A stretch of DNA of 64,000 nt, from NCBI GenBank assembly GCA_963740355.1, contig CAVUDW010000002.1, forward strand, positions 32,001 through 96,000. The letters are read 5' to 3'. Below are positions 10,671 through 20,346 of this stretch, in pieces. The notes below the pieces were generated by a model. That model saw only the letters and a program-made list of their open reading frames with translations, was not told the DNA's origin and searched no databases. The stretch comes from an uncultured Gemmatimonadaceae bacterium (GTDB taxonomy: Bacteria; Gemmatimonadota; Gemmatimonadetes; Gemmatimonadales; Gemmatimonadaceae). The first letter of the stretch is position 1; each line of letters starts with the position of its first letter. Made by a program: the position numbers and the translations under genes.

Positions 10671-10686
10671 TGTTTCACGTGAAACA
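10671..10686. promoter_or_regulatory. parS site 2
   Basis: TGTTTCACGTGAAACA, perfect parS consensus palindrome. Confidence 0.95.
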
Positions 10687-10935
10687 CCGCACATTGTCAA
10701 AAAGACGTAACTCGTTGTCGTGTAACGACTTACGCTGTCGCGTACTGGCGCTGGTGTGCTCAGAAACACACTCGCGATACGCACGCGCGCCCACAAAACG
10801 CTGGCCACGACTCACCCGCTCCTTGCCCGGTTCCACGCACACCCAGGACCGCGCAAAAGACGAGCCTCACGGGCTGCCACTTCCCTCCCTCCCCTCCCTC
10901 GCCAACTTCCCCTCTCCTTCACGCCCACACCGCCC

Positions 10936-11221
10936 ATGCCGCTCTCCCTGCCCGCAAACGGTCCCACCCTCGCCATTCGCCGCGACGCGTTCGAATCGGC
11001 CGGACTCTCGCGTGCCACCATCGATCGCGTCCTCAACCTCACCGACGAAGAATTCCGCGTCGAAGGCGCGCTCATCGCCATCGGGCCCCTGCCCGACCCC
11101 GATGATGTGCCAAACCTGATCGACCTCTTCGAAGAGGCCGGATTAGTGTACTTCGATGACTTTATGGAAATCCCCGGTGGATTTCCCGGACTGGCTCGAA
11201 CTGTTCGCCAAGCATCGCTGA
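10936..11221 (+). CDS. Small hypothetical protein, probably with a +1 frameshift at the CCC run 11185-11187
   Basis: MPLSLPANGPTLAIRRDAFE...LVYFDDFMEIPGGF. Removing one C gives a compact PDWLELFAKHR* end (TGA 11219-11221) instead of a low-complexity tail that overlaps the convergent gene. Confidence 0.6.
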
Positions 11222-11292
11222 TGCCACCGCGCACTCGCGCGGCAAGCGACAACAGCGAACAGACACAGCGAAACGACACAGCGACCAGAAAC

Positions 11293-11607
11293 TCAGCGCT
11301 GTGGCGTCGGCGGCGTGTAGGGGGCGGGGTCGGACGACGCTGACTGCGTCGCGCTCTTTCGACGCGGCGCACGAGGGGGTGGCACGATGCGGTGCACGCC
11401 ATGCCACCCACATACGAGGCACCAGCTCGACCGGAAACTGGGCAGCAATCGCATGATGCGCGACGGTTCCACTCGCATCGTCTCAGCGTCGCACTGCGGA
11501 CACCGAATACCATCCGGCAGGATCCACAAAAACACAATCGTTGCGGCAATCCCGCGCAACACGAACAGCCCGCCGAAGACGAGGACGAATAGCGCCGCAT
11601 CGGACAT
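11293..11607 (-). CDS. Small membrane protein with a Cys4 zinc-ribbon-like motif
   Basis: Strong RBS GAGGAGGAG, N-terminal TM segment, CPQC...CLVCGW. Confidence 0.75.
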   Translation of the reverse strand: MSDAALFVLVFGGLFVLRGIAATIVFLWILPDGIRCPQCDAETMRVEPSRIMRLLPSFRSSWCLVCGWHGVHRIVPPPRAPRRKSATQSASSDPAPYTPPTPQR

Positions 11608-11680
11608 CACGCACTCCTCCTCGCTCGGGGACGACCTCGCACGATGCGTACAGCGCTGACGACTCGACGCCGCACAGCGA

Positions 11681-12208
11681 TCAGAGTCGCGCTTCGACCA
11701 CCGACCACGCCTCGACAAAGGCGACATCGTCGTCGATGCGTTCCACAGCCACTTCGACACCGCGCCCAATGGCGACGCCGTCGAGACTGCGCGCCCGAAT
11801 CGGCCCACCGCGCGTGGACCCGTCCGGCAAACGCACCAGCCCTTCGCCGGCTGCAGGAATCGCCTCCACCACCATCGCCGGCGTCCCCTGCAGCTCGAAA
11901 CGCGGATCGAACTCATGGTCGGTCACCGGCATCGCCACCGCGCGCTTCACGAGCACCCGCGCGCTCACCACACCGACCACCAAGCCGGCCGCGGCCAGCA
12001 CGGCCGTCAACGTCGCTGACACGCCCTGATGGCGGAGCAGCGAACCAAGGAACCCCGCCAGCGTGAAGGCACCTGAGAGCATCGCCCATCGCGTGCGGAC
12101 TTCGATCACTCCGGCCGGCAGCGCCCGCTCGACGCCCACCACCATCACGCGGACGCTCAGCGCCAACCCGACAATGAACACCACGTTGTACACACTCAAT
12201 GCACCCAC
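11681..12208 (-). CDS. NfeD-like membrane protein (TM helices plus C-terminal OB fold)
   Basis: Three hydrophobic segments, then G..A.VVEAIPAAGEGLV...ARSLDG.AI.RG.EVAVERIDDDVAFVE. Confidence 0.75.
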   Translation of the reverse strand: MGALSVYNVVFIVGLALSVRVMVVGVERALPAGVIEVRTRWAMLSGAFTLAGFLGSLLRHQGVSATLTAVLAAAGLVVGVVSARVLVKRAVAMPVTDHEFDPRFELQGTPAMVVEAIPAAGEGLVRLPDGSTRGGPIRARSLDGVAIGRGVEVAVERIDDDVAFVEAWSVVEARL

Positions 12209-12250
12209 GCGTCTACCTCGTTGACTGTTTCGACCCGCTGCTCACGAAAG

Positions 12251-12290
12251 CGCACGATGACACACGTTGAAACACGCTGAAACACGTTGA
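12251..12290. repeat. Four tandem 10-bp direct repeats (nnCACGnTGA)
   Basis: cgcacgatga cacacgttga aacacgctga aacacgttga, intergenic. Confidence 0.7.
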
Positions 12291-12312
12291 CGAACGACGT
12301 GCCCCGCCTTTG

Positions 12313-13245
12313 CTACTTGCTCAGCGTCCGCTGGAAGAACTCCAGCGTCTTCGGCCACGCTGAACGCGTCGCAGAGAGATTCGCGCCGCCCTGTCCATCC
12401 TGCTGCCGCAGGAACCCATGCCCCGCACCCGCCAGGATGACGGGCTCATACGGCTTCTTGAGTGCCTTCATCGTGGAGTCCGCGCCAGGGATCGTTGCAT
12501 TCACCCGGGCGTCGTTCTCGCCATACAGGCCAAGGATGGGTGCGCGCACCTTGGTCAACTCCGTCAGCGCCGGGGCAGTGCCGTAGTACACCACCGCACC
12601 ACGCAGCTTCGGATGTGCGCTCACGGCTGTGTTGAACGATGTCGAACCACCCCAGCAGAAACCAACCACACCGAAGCGCTGCTGCGCCGCCGGCAACTTC
12701 ATCCCATACTCGGCCGCGACCGCGATGTCGCGCTGCACATCCGCCGGTGCGAGCGTGCGGATCAGCGCCGACGCCTGCGCCTGTGCGATGGTGTCGCCCG
12801 CTGGCAGCGTGTACTTCCCGGTCAACAGGTCCGGCGCGATCGCGATGTACCCATCCGCCGCCAGCTGGTCGGCCACACCACGAATCCACGTGCTCAGTCC
12901 GAAGATCTCGTGCAGCACCACCACCACGGGTGCCTTGTCGCGACGCTGCGGATACACGACCCAGGCGCGAAGTGAGTCGGTGCTGCCCGGCGCGCGCGGA
13001 ATCATCACGTATTCACCATGGCGCGGCGAGGCGGCGAGGCGTGCGGCCACGGTCAGCGATCCTGCCGGCAGTGTGGCGTCGTCGGGTTGTGCCGATGTGG
13101 CGCCGACGGCTGTCGACGCATCGTGCGCCATGTGATCATCATGCTCGCGACCCGCTTGCACATTGGCCGAGCCGCAGGCGGTGAGTCCGGCGAGCAGAAG
13201 GAGGGTTGCGGTACGGGACGCAGCGGTACGCATGGCGGTACGCAT
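12313..13245 (-). CDS. Dienelactone hydrolase family lipoprotein
   Basis: Lipobox LTAC. HEIFGL, GFCWGG nucleophile elbow, GAGHGF. Confidence 0.92.
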   Translation of the reverse strand: MRTAMRTAASRTATLLLLAGLTACGSANVQAGREHDDHMAHDASTAVGATSAQPDDATLPAGSLTVAARLAASPRHGEYVMIPRAPGSTDSLRAWVVYPQRRDKAPVVVVLHEIFGLSTWIRGVADQLAADGYIAIAPDLLTGKYTLPAGDTIAQAQASALIRTLAPADVQRDIAVAAEYGMKLPAAQQRFGVVGFCWGGSTSFNTAVSAHPKLRGAVVYYGTAPALTELTKVRAPILGLYGENDARVNATIPGADSTMKALKKPYEPVILAGAGHGFLRQQDGQGGANLSATRSAWPKTLEFFQRTLSK

Positions 13246-13329
13246 TGGTGATGATCCTGACGGAAGACGAGCGACGAGTGAACAGCGGCGGGGGTCGAAC
13301 GAGGTCGAGCTGCGATCGGCGTGAAACAC

Positions 13330-14343
13330 TCAGGGTGAGCTGTCACCCGTCTGCGGTGGGCCGACGAACTGTGCGAGAAAATCCGGTACTCGATCGGCGA
13401 TGTACGAACGTGAACGCATCGGAGTGGAGCCGGTGACGAAACCGACATGCCCACCGTGCGGGAAGAACTCGGTGCGCACCAGGGGATTCGCACTCGCGAG
13501 GTCACGCACTTCGTCCAGCACATCGGGTGGCAGAAACGGATCGTCGGCGGCGCTCAACAACAACAAGGGCAGTCGCGCACTGGGCACGAAGTGTTTGGCG
13601 CTGGAGCGCGTGTAGTAGTCTGCGGCACCTTCGAATCCGTGCAGCGGTCCGGTAATCAGGTCATCGAATTCCCACAGCGTCCGGATGCCGGCGATCACTC
13701 TCGGTGGCGGGAAGTGATCGGGGTACCGCGACGCTTTTTCGAGCGCCTTCACGCGCAATGAGCGCAAGAACCAGCGCTCGTACAAGCTGGACAGGCCCTG
13801 GCTGATGTGGCGCGAGCCACGCTCGAGATCGAATGGCACCGAAACGGCGGCGGCGGCGCGCAGCGTCGGCGGCAACGGCAGTCGTGCATCGCCCACCAGC
13901 TTGGTGAGCACATTCCCGCCCAACGACACGCCACAGGCGACCAGTGGCGCTTCCGGATACAACTCGGCCAGGCGATGCAGGAACCACGACGCGTCGTCTG
14001 TCTCGCCCGAGTGGTAGAAGCGCGCCGCGCGGTTGTTGGCGCCGCCACACGACCGCCAGAGCAGCATGTCAGCCGCCCAGCCTCGTTGTGCGACCGAACG
14101 AAAGAGCGAGGGCACGTAGTGCGATCGCTCGGTGCCCTCGAGTCCGTGAAACAGCACGAAGCGGGGTACATCCACGAGCTCGGGGTTGGCGCGGATGACG
14201 ATGACATCGTCCCCGTCCGGAGTCTGCCACGTCTCGCGGCTCGCCTCGACCGGCGCCTCCGGCATCACGAACTTTCCCCAGAGGGTCTGAAGGTGCGGAT
14301 TTCGTGCGAACCAGGGCGCGCGGAACATCGGTGTGCCTGTCAT
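13330..14343 (-). CDS. YheT-family alpha/beta hydrolase
   Basis: NPHLQTLW, FHGLEG, YHSGETDD, GVSLGG, ADDPF, HGGHVGF. Confidence 0.92.
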   Translation of the reverse strand: MTGTPMFRAPWFARNPHLQTLWGKFVMPEAPVEASRETWQTPDGDDVIVIRANPELVDVPRFVLFHGLEGTERSHYVPSLFRSVAQRGWAADMLLWRSCGGANNRAARFYHSGETDDASWFLHRLAELYPEAPLVACGVSLGGNVLTKLVGDARLPLPPTLRAAAAVSVPFDLERGSRHISQGLSSLYERWFLRSLRVKALEKASRYPDHFPPPRVIAGIRTLWEFDDLITGPLHGFEGAADYYTRSSAKHFVPSARLPLLLLSAADDPFLPPDVLDEVRDLASANPLVRTEFFPHGGHVGFVTGSTPMRSRSYIADRVPDFLAQFVGPPQTGDSSP

Positions 14344-14462
14344 CCGGATCTGGACGTCCTACATTGGGTCGGGGGGTGCGACTCGGTATCCCGTCACGCA
14401 AGATATCCGCTCTAAAGTCCAGGTCTGGGGTCCAGACCTCGATCGGTGGCGGTTGGAGATCG

Positions 14463-14822
14463 ATGCCTGTCCAGATATTCGGCACGCGGAAAAATGCGGC
14501 CACACGAAAAGCTGAACGCTTCTTCGCCGAACGTCGGATCCCAGTCCATTTCGTGGACCTGGCCGAACGTGGTGCCTCGAAGGGAGAGTTGCAGCGGTTC
14601 GCACAGAAGTTCGGCGTCGATGCACTGGTGGACCGTACCAGCCGACGATTTCTCGATCTCGGACTGGGACCCGCACGTTATGGTTCAGATCGGTGGCTGG
14701 AGATCCTGATGGACGAACCGCTGATCCTCGCGCAGCCGCTGGTACGCAATGCAAACAAGCTGACCATCGGCGGCGACAACGATGCCGAGTGGAAACTGTG
14801 GGTCACCGAGGGAATCAAGTAA
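14463..14822 (+). CDS. ArsC/Spx/YffB-family protein
   Basis: VQIFGTRK..ATRKAERFFAERRIPVHFVDL...SKGEL..F, PLVR. GGAG RBS. Confidence 0.85.
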   Translation: MPVQIFGTRKNAATRKAERFFAERRIPVHFVDLAERGASKGELQRFAQKFGVDALVDRTSRRFLDLGLGPARYGSDRWLEILMDEPLILAQPLVRNANKLTIGGDNDAEWKLWVTEGIK

Positions 14823-15619
14823 TGATGCGGTGGCAGAGATCTGATCGTGCGTGGCGGCTGGTCGTGGCGCTGGCGGCGATGGTGCTCGTCGGCCGCAGCG
14901 CCTCGGGTCAGGCGCCGTCGACGGTCTGGGAGCGGTCGCTCGAACTGTCCGGGAACTACCTCTACGGCAACAACGATCAGGCGATTCTCTCCGCACGGAC
15001 GGGCGTCGTGCGGAACGACAGTTCGGTGGCGCTGCGACTCGACACCCGATTCCTGATCGGCGTCACCGACCGTGAGGGCCAAGGCAAGGTCATGGACCGT
15101 CGCTCCTGGGTGGTGGCCGGCAGCGTCGACTTCCGCCAGTACGCGCCGCAAAGCCAGTTCTTCTTCGGCAGCGTGGAACGGAGCCTCGAGCTTCGCATCG
15201 ACCGGCGATTGAGCGGCGGCATCGGCCAGAAAGTCAGCATCGTCCGCGACTCGACCACGCGCTTCGACTTCAGCCTTGGCATCCTCGGTGAGCAGAGCCT
15301 GCTGCCTCAGGCCACGCCGGTCGGTTCGCCGGCGCAGCCGTCACTGTCGAATTCGCTGGTTCGACTCTCCGGCCGCCTTCGCTACCGCAAGAGTTTCACG
15401 GCTCGCGTCGGTGTCGATCACACGACCTGGTATCGCCCGGATGTCGCGGCTTTCAATCGCTACCTCGCGTCGTCAGTCTCCGCACTGTCGTACTCGATGA
15501 CCAAACGATCCCATCTGCAGCTGTCGTTTCAGAACGACTTCGACAGCCTGGCCCGCAGTCGCGGCAGCCGTTCGAACCAGAACGGCCAGATTCTGGTCGG
15601 TGCCTCAACCAAGTTCTGA
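14822..15619 (+). CDS. DUF481-like outer-membrane beta-barrel protein
   Basis: Signal peptide, alternating beta strands, GN motif near the N-terminus, C-terminal Phe. Confidence 0.75.
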   Translation: MMRWQRSDRAWRLVVALAAMVLVGRSASGQAPSTVWERSLELSGNYLYGNNDQAILSARTGVVRNDSSVALRLDTRFLIGVTDREGQGKVMDRRSWVVAGSVDFRQYAPQSQFFFGSVERSLELRIDRRLSGGIGQKVSIVRDSTTRFDFSLGILGEQSLLPQATPVGSPAQPSLSNSLVRLSGRLRYRKSFTARVGVDHTTWYRPDVAAFNRYLASSVSALSYSMTKRSHLQLSFQNDFDSLARSRGSRSNQNGQILVGASTKF

Positions 15620-15700
15620 GGTGTGAGCGTGTCGTTGGTGTCGCGTCACAATAGCGACATCAACAATGCCCCATCGGCAATTGAAAGGCGGCCCGGAGTC

Positions 15701-16189
15701 TCAGGGTCGCCTTTCGTCTTCCGGCTTACCCCGCCCGCCCTTCTTCAGCGCCTTGGCGAGTGCGCCGAAGTCGGTCGTCCCGGTCTCGAAGAATTTGCGC
15801 TCCGTCGCGTCGGCCAACCGCATCGCCCGGTCGGCGAGGGCACCGCCAGCCTCCGTGACCGTGATCGCCTTTGCGCGCCGGTCGGTCGGATGTGGAGCGC
15901 GGGTCAGCAGCCCGCGCGCTTCGAGCGTGCGCAAGACTTCTGACGTCATCACGGCGTCGGCGTTGGCGAGGGCAGAGATGTCCGACTGCCGCACGGCGGT
16001 GGACCGGGTGTTGAGCCAGGCCGTGGTTACGAGCAGCCTGAACTGTGCATGCGTCAGGTCGAGTGGCGCGAGCGCCGCCCGGAGCTGGACCTGCCACTCG
16101 GTCGCGACGCGCTCGAGCAGGGCGCCATGGCCGTCGTGTGGTGGCTGCACACGGGCGGCGAGCAGGGGGGCGTAGGAGTTGGTTGGCAT
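15701..16189 (-). CDS. MarR-family transcriptional regulator
   Basis: LTHAQF.LL, MTSEVLRTLEARGLLTR..HPTDRRAK. Confidence 0.92.
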   Translation of the reverse strand: MPTNSYAPLLAARVQPPHDGHGALLERVATEWQVQLRAALAPLDLTHAQFRLLVTTAWLNTRSTAVRQSDISALANADAVMTSEVLRTLEARGLLTRAPHPTDRRAKAITVTEAGGALADRAMRLADATERKFFETGTTDFGALAKALKKGGRGKPEDERRP

Positions 16190-16261
16190 CGACCCGCAGG
16201 CTCCTGGCGCAGCGAGGATTCTCCAGCGACCGGCAACAGACCTGCAGTTCCAGAAGAGCGT

Positions 16262-16363
16262 TAATACGTTCGCGTATCAATTCACCCAAAACTGCTAAGT
16301 CGCTGAAGATTCAACAACTTCAACAGCTGAACTTCCCAACCATTCTACTACGTACACGAATTA
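16262..16363. promoter_or_regulatory. Two putative MarR operator palindromes
   Basis: TAATACGTTCGCGTATCA (16262-16279) and TACTACGTACACGAATTA (16346-16363) in an AT-rich stretch upstream of marR. Confidence 0.5.
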
Positions 16364-16475
16364 AAGTAGTTCGTATGCTCTTCAAATGCGCGAGGAGACA
16401 CTGCGCGCAGACGCCGGCGCCTTCCCCTGATTCGTCAGACCAAGGCGCGGCGAGGGAGGGCAGCGGACGAGTCCG

Positions 16476-17447
16476 TCAGAACTGCCCGATGAAACCGATC
16501 TCCGGCTCCAACCGATGCCCGAACTTCTCGAACACCGCCGCCTGCGCATGGGCGATCAGGGCGCGGACATCGGCGGCCGTCGCATGCCCAAGGTTCACCA
16601 TGATGTTCGCGTGCATGTGTGAGATCTGGGCGTCGCCCATCCGGAAGCCTTTCAGGCCGCACTGATCGACGAGGCGCCCGGCGCCGATCCCTTCCAGCTT
16701 CTTGAAGATCGATCCCGCGCTTGGGTGATGCTCGAGCCAGGGATGACGCGCCCCACGCCAGCTCAGGTTCTCCTGCAGGATGCGGTGCATGTCGCCGGTG
16801 TCACCCTTGATGAGGCGAAAGGTCACGTCCAGCACCACGTCCCGCGTGTGGTGAAAGACCGTATCGTCGTAGCCGAAGCCGACGTACGCCGCGTCGACCG
16901 TGGTGCGCTCGCCGGTCTCCCGGCGAATCCGACAGGCGTCGAAGACCTCGGCGATGAACATCGTGCGTTCGCGTTCCGGCGCCGGCGAGAGGAAGTGCAG
17001 GTTCTGCCAGATCGCACCACCGACGGTGCTCGGGATGCCGACGTAGTGCTCCAATCCTGACCAACCCGCGGCGACCGCCTCCCGGATCAGGTCCGCCATC
17101 ACCGTTCCGCTTTCGGCCACGCAGCGGCCATCCTCGTGCCAGACCACGTGGCGCGCGCGATTCCGGATCACCAGCCCTCGAAAGCCGCCGTCACCCACGA
17201 GGATGTTGGCGCCCAGGCCCAGTACGAACCAATCCACCCCGGCCGCCTCTGCGCTGTCGATGGCCTCTGCCAGATCGTCGCCCGTCTCGGCATCGTACAG
17301 GAGGTCTGCCGGACCCCCGATTCGAAATGTGGTGTACGGCGCGAGCGGGGCTCCGCGGTGCAGTCGGGCTGGGACGAGGCGGCTGGCTACCGCGTCGAGT
17401 GACTCGGCGGGCACTGGAATGGTGCCGCGGTTGGTTACAGTCGTCAT
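16476..17447 (-). CDS. murB: UDP-N-acetylenolpyruvoylglucosamine reductase
   Basis: YTTFRIGGPAD, GLGANILVGD, GIPSTVGGA, PSAGSIFK, HANIMVN, LEPEI. GGAG RBS before ATG 17447. Confidence 0.95.
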   Translation of the reverse strand: MTTVTNRGTIPVPAESLDAVASRLVPARLHRGAPLAPYTTFRIGGPADLLYDAETGDDLAEAIDSAEAAGVDWFVLGLGANILVGDGGFRGLVIRNRARHVVWHEDGRCVAESGTVMADLIREAVAAGWSGLEHYVGIPSTVGGAIWQNLHFLSPAPERERTMFIAEVFDACRIRRETGERTTVDAAYVGFGYDDTVFHHTRDVVLDVTFRLIKGDTGDMHRILQENLSWRGARHPWLEHHPSAGSIFKKLEGIGAGRLVDQCGLKGFRMGDAQISHMHANIMVNLGHATAADVRALIAHAQAAVFEKFGHRLEPEIGFIGQF

Positions 17448-17523
17448 TGCTCCAAACAACACCTCCCCCGCCACAGGTGCCAGTTCCCGGCACCCGCGGT
17501 GCTTGTCCTCTTCCCGACGTTCC

Positions 17524-18948
17524 GTGTCCAGAATCCGTTCTCGATCGTTGAACTCTCTCCGCATCGTGGCGCCGCTCTGTGTGGCGATGCTCACGCTCGC
17601 CTCGTCCCTCGCCGCACAACGCGCGGAACTGGAGCGCGTGATCAAGCGAGCCGTGCTCCGGAACGGCCTCGAGGTGATCGCCGTGGAGAATCACGGCATT
17701 CCGATCGCCACGGTCGAATTGAATGCGAAGAACGGTGCCTTCACGCAGCGGCCCGAGTACGAAGGACTGGCACACATGTACGAGCACATGTTCTTCAAGG
17801 CCAGCAAGGCATACCCGAATGCCGAGGCATTCGGGCAGCGCTCGGCGGAACTCGGTGCGCGCTACAACGGCACGACGCAGGAAGAGCGTGTGAACTACTT
17901 CCTCAGCCTGCCCTCTGACAGCGTGCGCGGTGGTATCGCGCTGCTGGCCGATGCCGTGCGCGGACCGCTCTTCCTGCCGACCGAACTGGCGCAGGAAAAG
18001 CAGGTGGTGCTGGGCGAGTACGATCGCAACGAAGCCTCACCCGGATTCGAGATCACGCAGCGACTGAGTGCGGCGCTCTATCCCGGCAACGAAAGCCGAA
18101 AGAACACCATCGGCAACCGTGAGATCCTGAGCACGGTGACGCCGGAGAAGATGCGTTTCATCCAGAGCCGGTACTACGTGCCGAACAACATGGCGCTGAT
18201 CGTGACTGGCGACATCAACCCTGCGCAGATCTTCGCACTGGCTGACTCCCTGCTCGGTGATTGGCCGCGCGGCGCCGATCCATTCCAGGTCGATCCGATT
18301 CCGCCGATCCCTGCTCTCACCAAGTCATCGGCCTTGATCAGCGAAGCCGAAGTCGGTGCGGTCACGGTGCTGATTCAGTGGCAGGGTCCAAGTGTTCGCC
18401 GCGACCGTGCAAGCACGTATGCGGCCGACGTGTTCTCTGACGCGCTGAATACGAAGGGCTCACGCTTTCAGCGACTGCTCACCGATAGCGGCCTGTGGAC
18501 GGCGGTGGGCGTGAACTACTACACACTCGACCAGACCGGCCCGATCACCATCAGCGGTCAGACGACCCCCGAGCGCCTGAAGGATGCCCTGGCGGCGTTG
18601 TGGCGCGAGATCGACAAGCTGGACGACCCGGGCTACTTCACCGTGAGTGAACTGGAAGCGGTGAAGGCACAGCGCGGTACCGACAACCAGTTCGGCATCG
18701 AGAAGACCTCCGAACTGACGCATACCATCGGCTTCTGGTGGGCGGTGGCAGATCTCGACTACTTCATGGGCTACGTGGACAACATGGCACGACAGACACC
18801 GGCAGACCTGCAGCGCTACGCCGCGAAGTTCATCGTTGGCAAGCCGAGTGTGACAGGTGTGCTGATCAGCGCCCAGGATCGCGCGCGATTGAAGCTGACC
18901 GAGAGCGATCTCGTTGGCCCGGTGAAGGCGCCGAGAGTGACACCGTGA
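17524..18948 (+). CDS. M16 (pitrilysin) zinc peptidase, catalytic subunit
   Basis: GLAHMYEHMFFK (HxxEH) and VVLGE. Signal peptide. Start uncertain (17524-17587). Confidence 0.9.
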   Translation: MSRIRSRSLNSLRIVAPLCVAMLTLASSLAAQRAELERVIKRAVLRNGLEVIAVENHGIPIATVELNAKNGAFTQRPEYEGLAHMYEHMFFKASKAYPNAEAFGQRSAELGARYNGTTQEERVNYFLSLPSDSVRGGIALLADAVRGPLFLPTELAQEKQVVLGEYDRNEASPGFEITQRLSAALYPGNESRKNTIGNREILSTVTPEKMRFIQSRYYVPNNMALIVTGDINPAQIFALADSLLGDWPRGADPFQVDPIPPIPALTKSSALISEAEVGAVTVLIQWQGPSVRRDRASTYAADVFSDALNTKGSRFQRLLTDSGLWTAVGVNYYTLDQTGPITISGQTTPERLKDALAALWREIDKLDDPGYFTVSELEAVKAQRGTDNQFGIEKTSELTHTIGFWWAVADLDYFMGYVDNMARQTPADLQRYAAKFIVGKPSVTGVLISAQDRARLKLTESDLVGPVKAPRVTP

Positions 18949-20267
18949 AGCGCCTGATCGGATGGGGCGCAGCTGCGCTGATCGCTGCGGCAATTCTTCC
19001 CGTCGACGCAGGCGCACAGCAGCGCGCGGCCGATTCTGCGACCACGGCGTTCGAGGTGAACGGCCTGCGGGTGATTCACCGTCGTGTGACCGCCAACGAA
19101 GTGGTGGCGGCGAACCTCTACCTGCTTGGCGGTGTGTCGCAGGTACCGGCGGCGAAGGCTGGCTTGGAGCTGCTGCTGCTGGAAGCGTCGGAGCGCGGCA
19201 CGAAGAAGTACCCGCGCGAGATTCTCGAGCGGAAGATGGCGCGCCTCGGGAGCGCGATCGTGGCGGCGCCGTCGATCGACTGGACGATGGTTGGTGTGCG
19301 CAGCACGGTGACCGCCTTCGATTCGACCTTTGCGATCTTTGCCGATCGCATCATGCAGCCGCGCCTCGATTCTGGTGAGGTCGAGACGGTGCGTACCACG
19401 ATCATCAGTGGTGTGCGGCAGCGTGGCGACGATCCGGAAGCGCTGCTCAATTCCTTCTCCGACAGCGTGGCGTTCGCCGGCCACCCGTACGGCACATCGC
19501 CAGTGGGCAGCGAAGCGACGTTGCGCGCCCTGACGGTGGCCGACCTGCGCGCCTGGCAGAAGACGCAGATGGTGACGTCACGCATGTTGCTGGTGGTGGT
19601 GGGCGACATCCCACGCGCCAAGCTTGAAGCGATGGTGCGCGCGACACTCGGCACGTTACCGCGCGGTGAGTACAAGTGGGCGCCACCGCTGGTCCCGGCG
19701 GCGCGTACCAGTTCACTGCATGTGATCGCGCGACAGTTGCCGACGAACTACTTGCAGGGCTACTGGGTTGGTCCGCGCGCCGATAGCCGCGACTACCAGC
19801 CGATGCGTGTCGCGATGGCGGCGCTTGGCGGACGCCTGTTCACGGAAATCCGCGTCAAGCGAAACCTGACCTATGCCGTGAATGCGCCGTTCGTGGATCG
19901 GGCGGTGACGGCGGCCGGATTGTACGTCACGACGACCACTCCCGATTCAGTGCTCGGCATCATGCGTCGAGAACTTGAGTCGATGAAGCGAGGGTTGATC
20001 GATCCGGATGGCCTGCGCCTGCTGGTGCAGCAGTTCATCACCGAGTTTTTCCTCGACAACGAAACGAACTCGGACCAGGCCACCTTCCTCGCCCGGTCCG
20101 AGCTCTACCGTGGTGATTGGCGTCTCGCGGCTCGGTTCGTGGACGAGTTGCGGAAGGTCACCCCGGAAGACATTCAGCGAGTGTCGCGGCAGTACCTGAC
20201 CGGAATCACGATGGCGTACATCGGCGATCCGCGGAAAATCTCAGCCTCCCGAATCACGCCATTCTGA
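18945..20267 (+). CDS. M16 peptidase-like subunit lacking HxxEH
   Basis: GTGA overlap with the previous gene. RLFTEIRVKRNLTYAV R/Y motif, no zinc motif. Confidence 0.88.
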   Translation: MKRLIGWGAAALIAAAILPVDAGAQQRAADSATTAFEVNGLRVIHRRVTANEVVAANLYLLGGVSQVPAAKAGLELLLLEASERGTKKYPREILERKMARLGSAIVAAPSIDWTMVGVRSTVTAFDSTFAIFADRIMQPRLDSGEVETVRTTIISGVRQRGDDPEALLNSFSDSVAFAGHPYGTSPVGSEATLRALTVADLRAWQKTQMVTSRMLLVVVGDIPRAKLEAMVRATLGTLPRGEYKWAPPLVPAARTSSLHVIARQLPTNYLQGYWVGPRADSRDYQPMRVAMAALGGRLFTEIRVKRNLTYAVNAPFVDRAVTAAGLYVTTTTPDSVLGIMRRELESMKRGLIDPDGLRLLVQQFITEFFLDNETNSDQATFLARSELYRGDWRLAARFVDELRKVTPEDIQRVSRQYLTGITMAYIGDPRKISASRITPF

Positions 20268-20285
20268 GGCTGGGCGCGGAAGCGG

Positions 20286-20336
20286 GCGAAAAAAATGCCG
20301 TCGGCGCCGAGAACCGGTGCCGACGGCATTTTTCGC
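20286..20336. terminator. Bidirectional intrinsic terminator
   Basis: AAAAATGCCGTCGGCGCCG-loop-CGGTGCCGACGGCATTTTT between convergent genes. Confidence 0.85.
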
Positions 20337-20346
20337 CACTGGGTCT

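Noticed and set aside
10557..10935. oriC in the parA upstream region
   Set aside because: No TTATCCACA DnaA-box cluster or AT-rich unwinding element was seen, and dnaA is not in the window.
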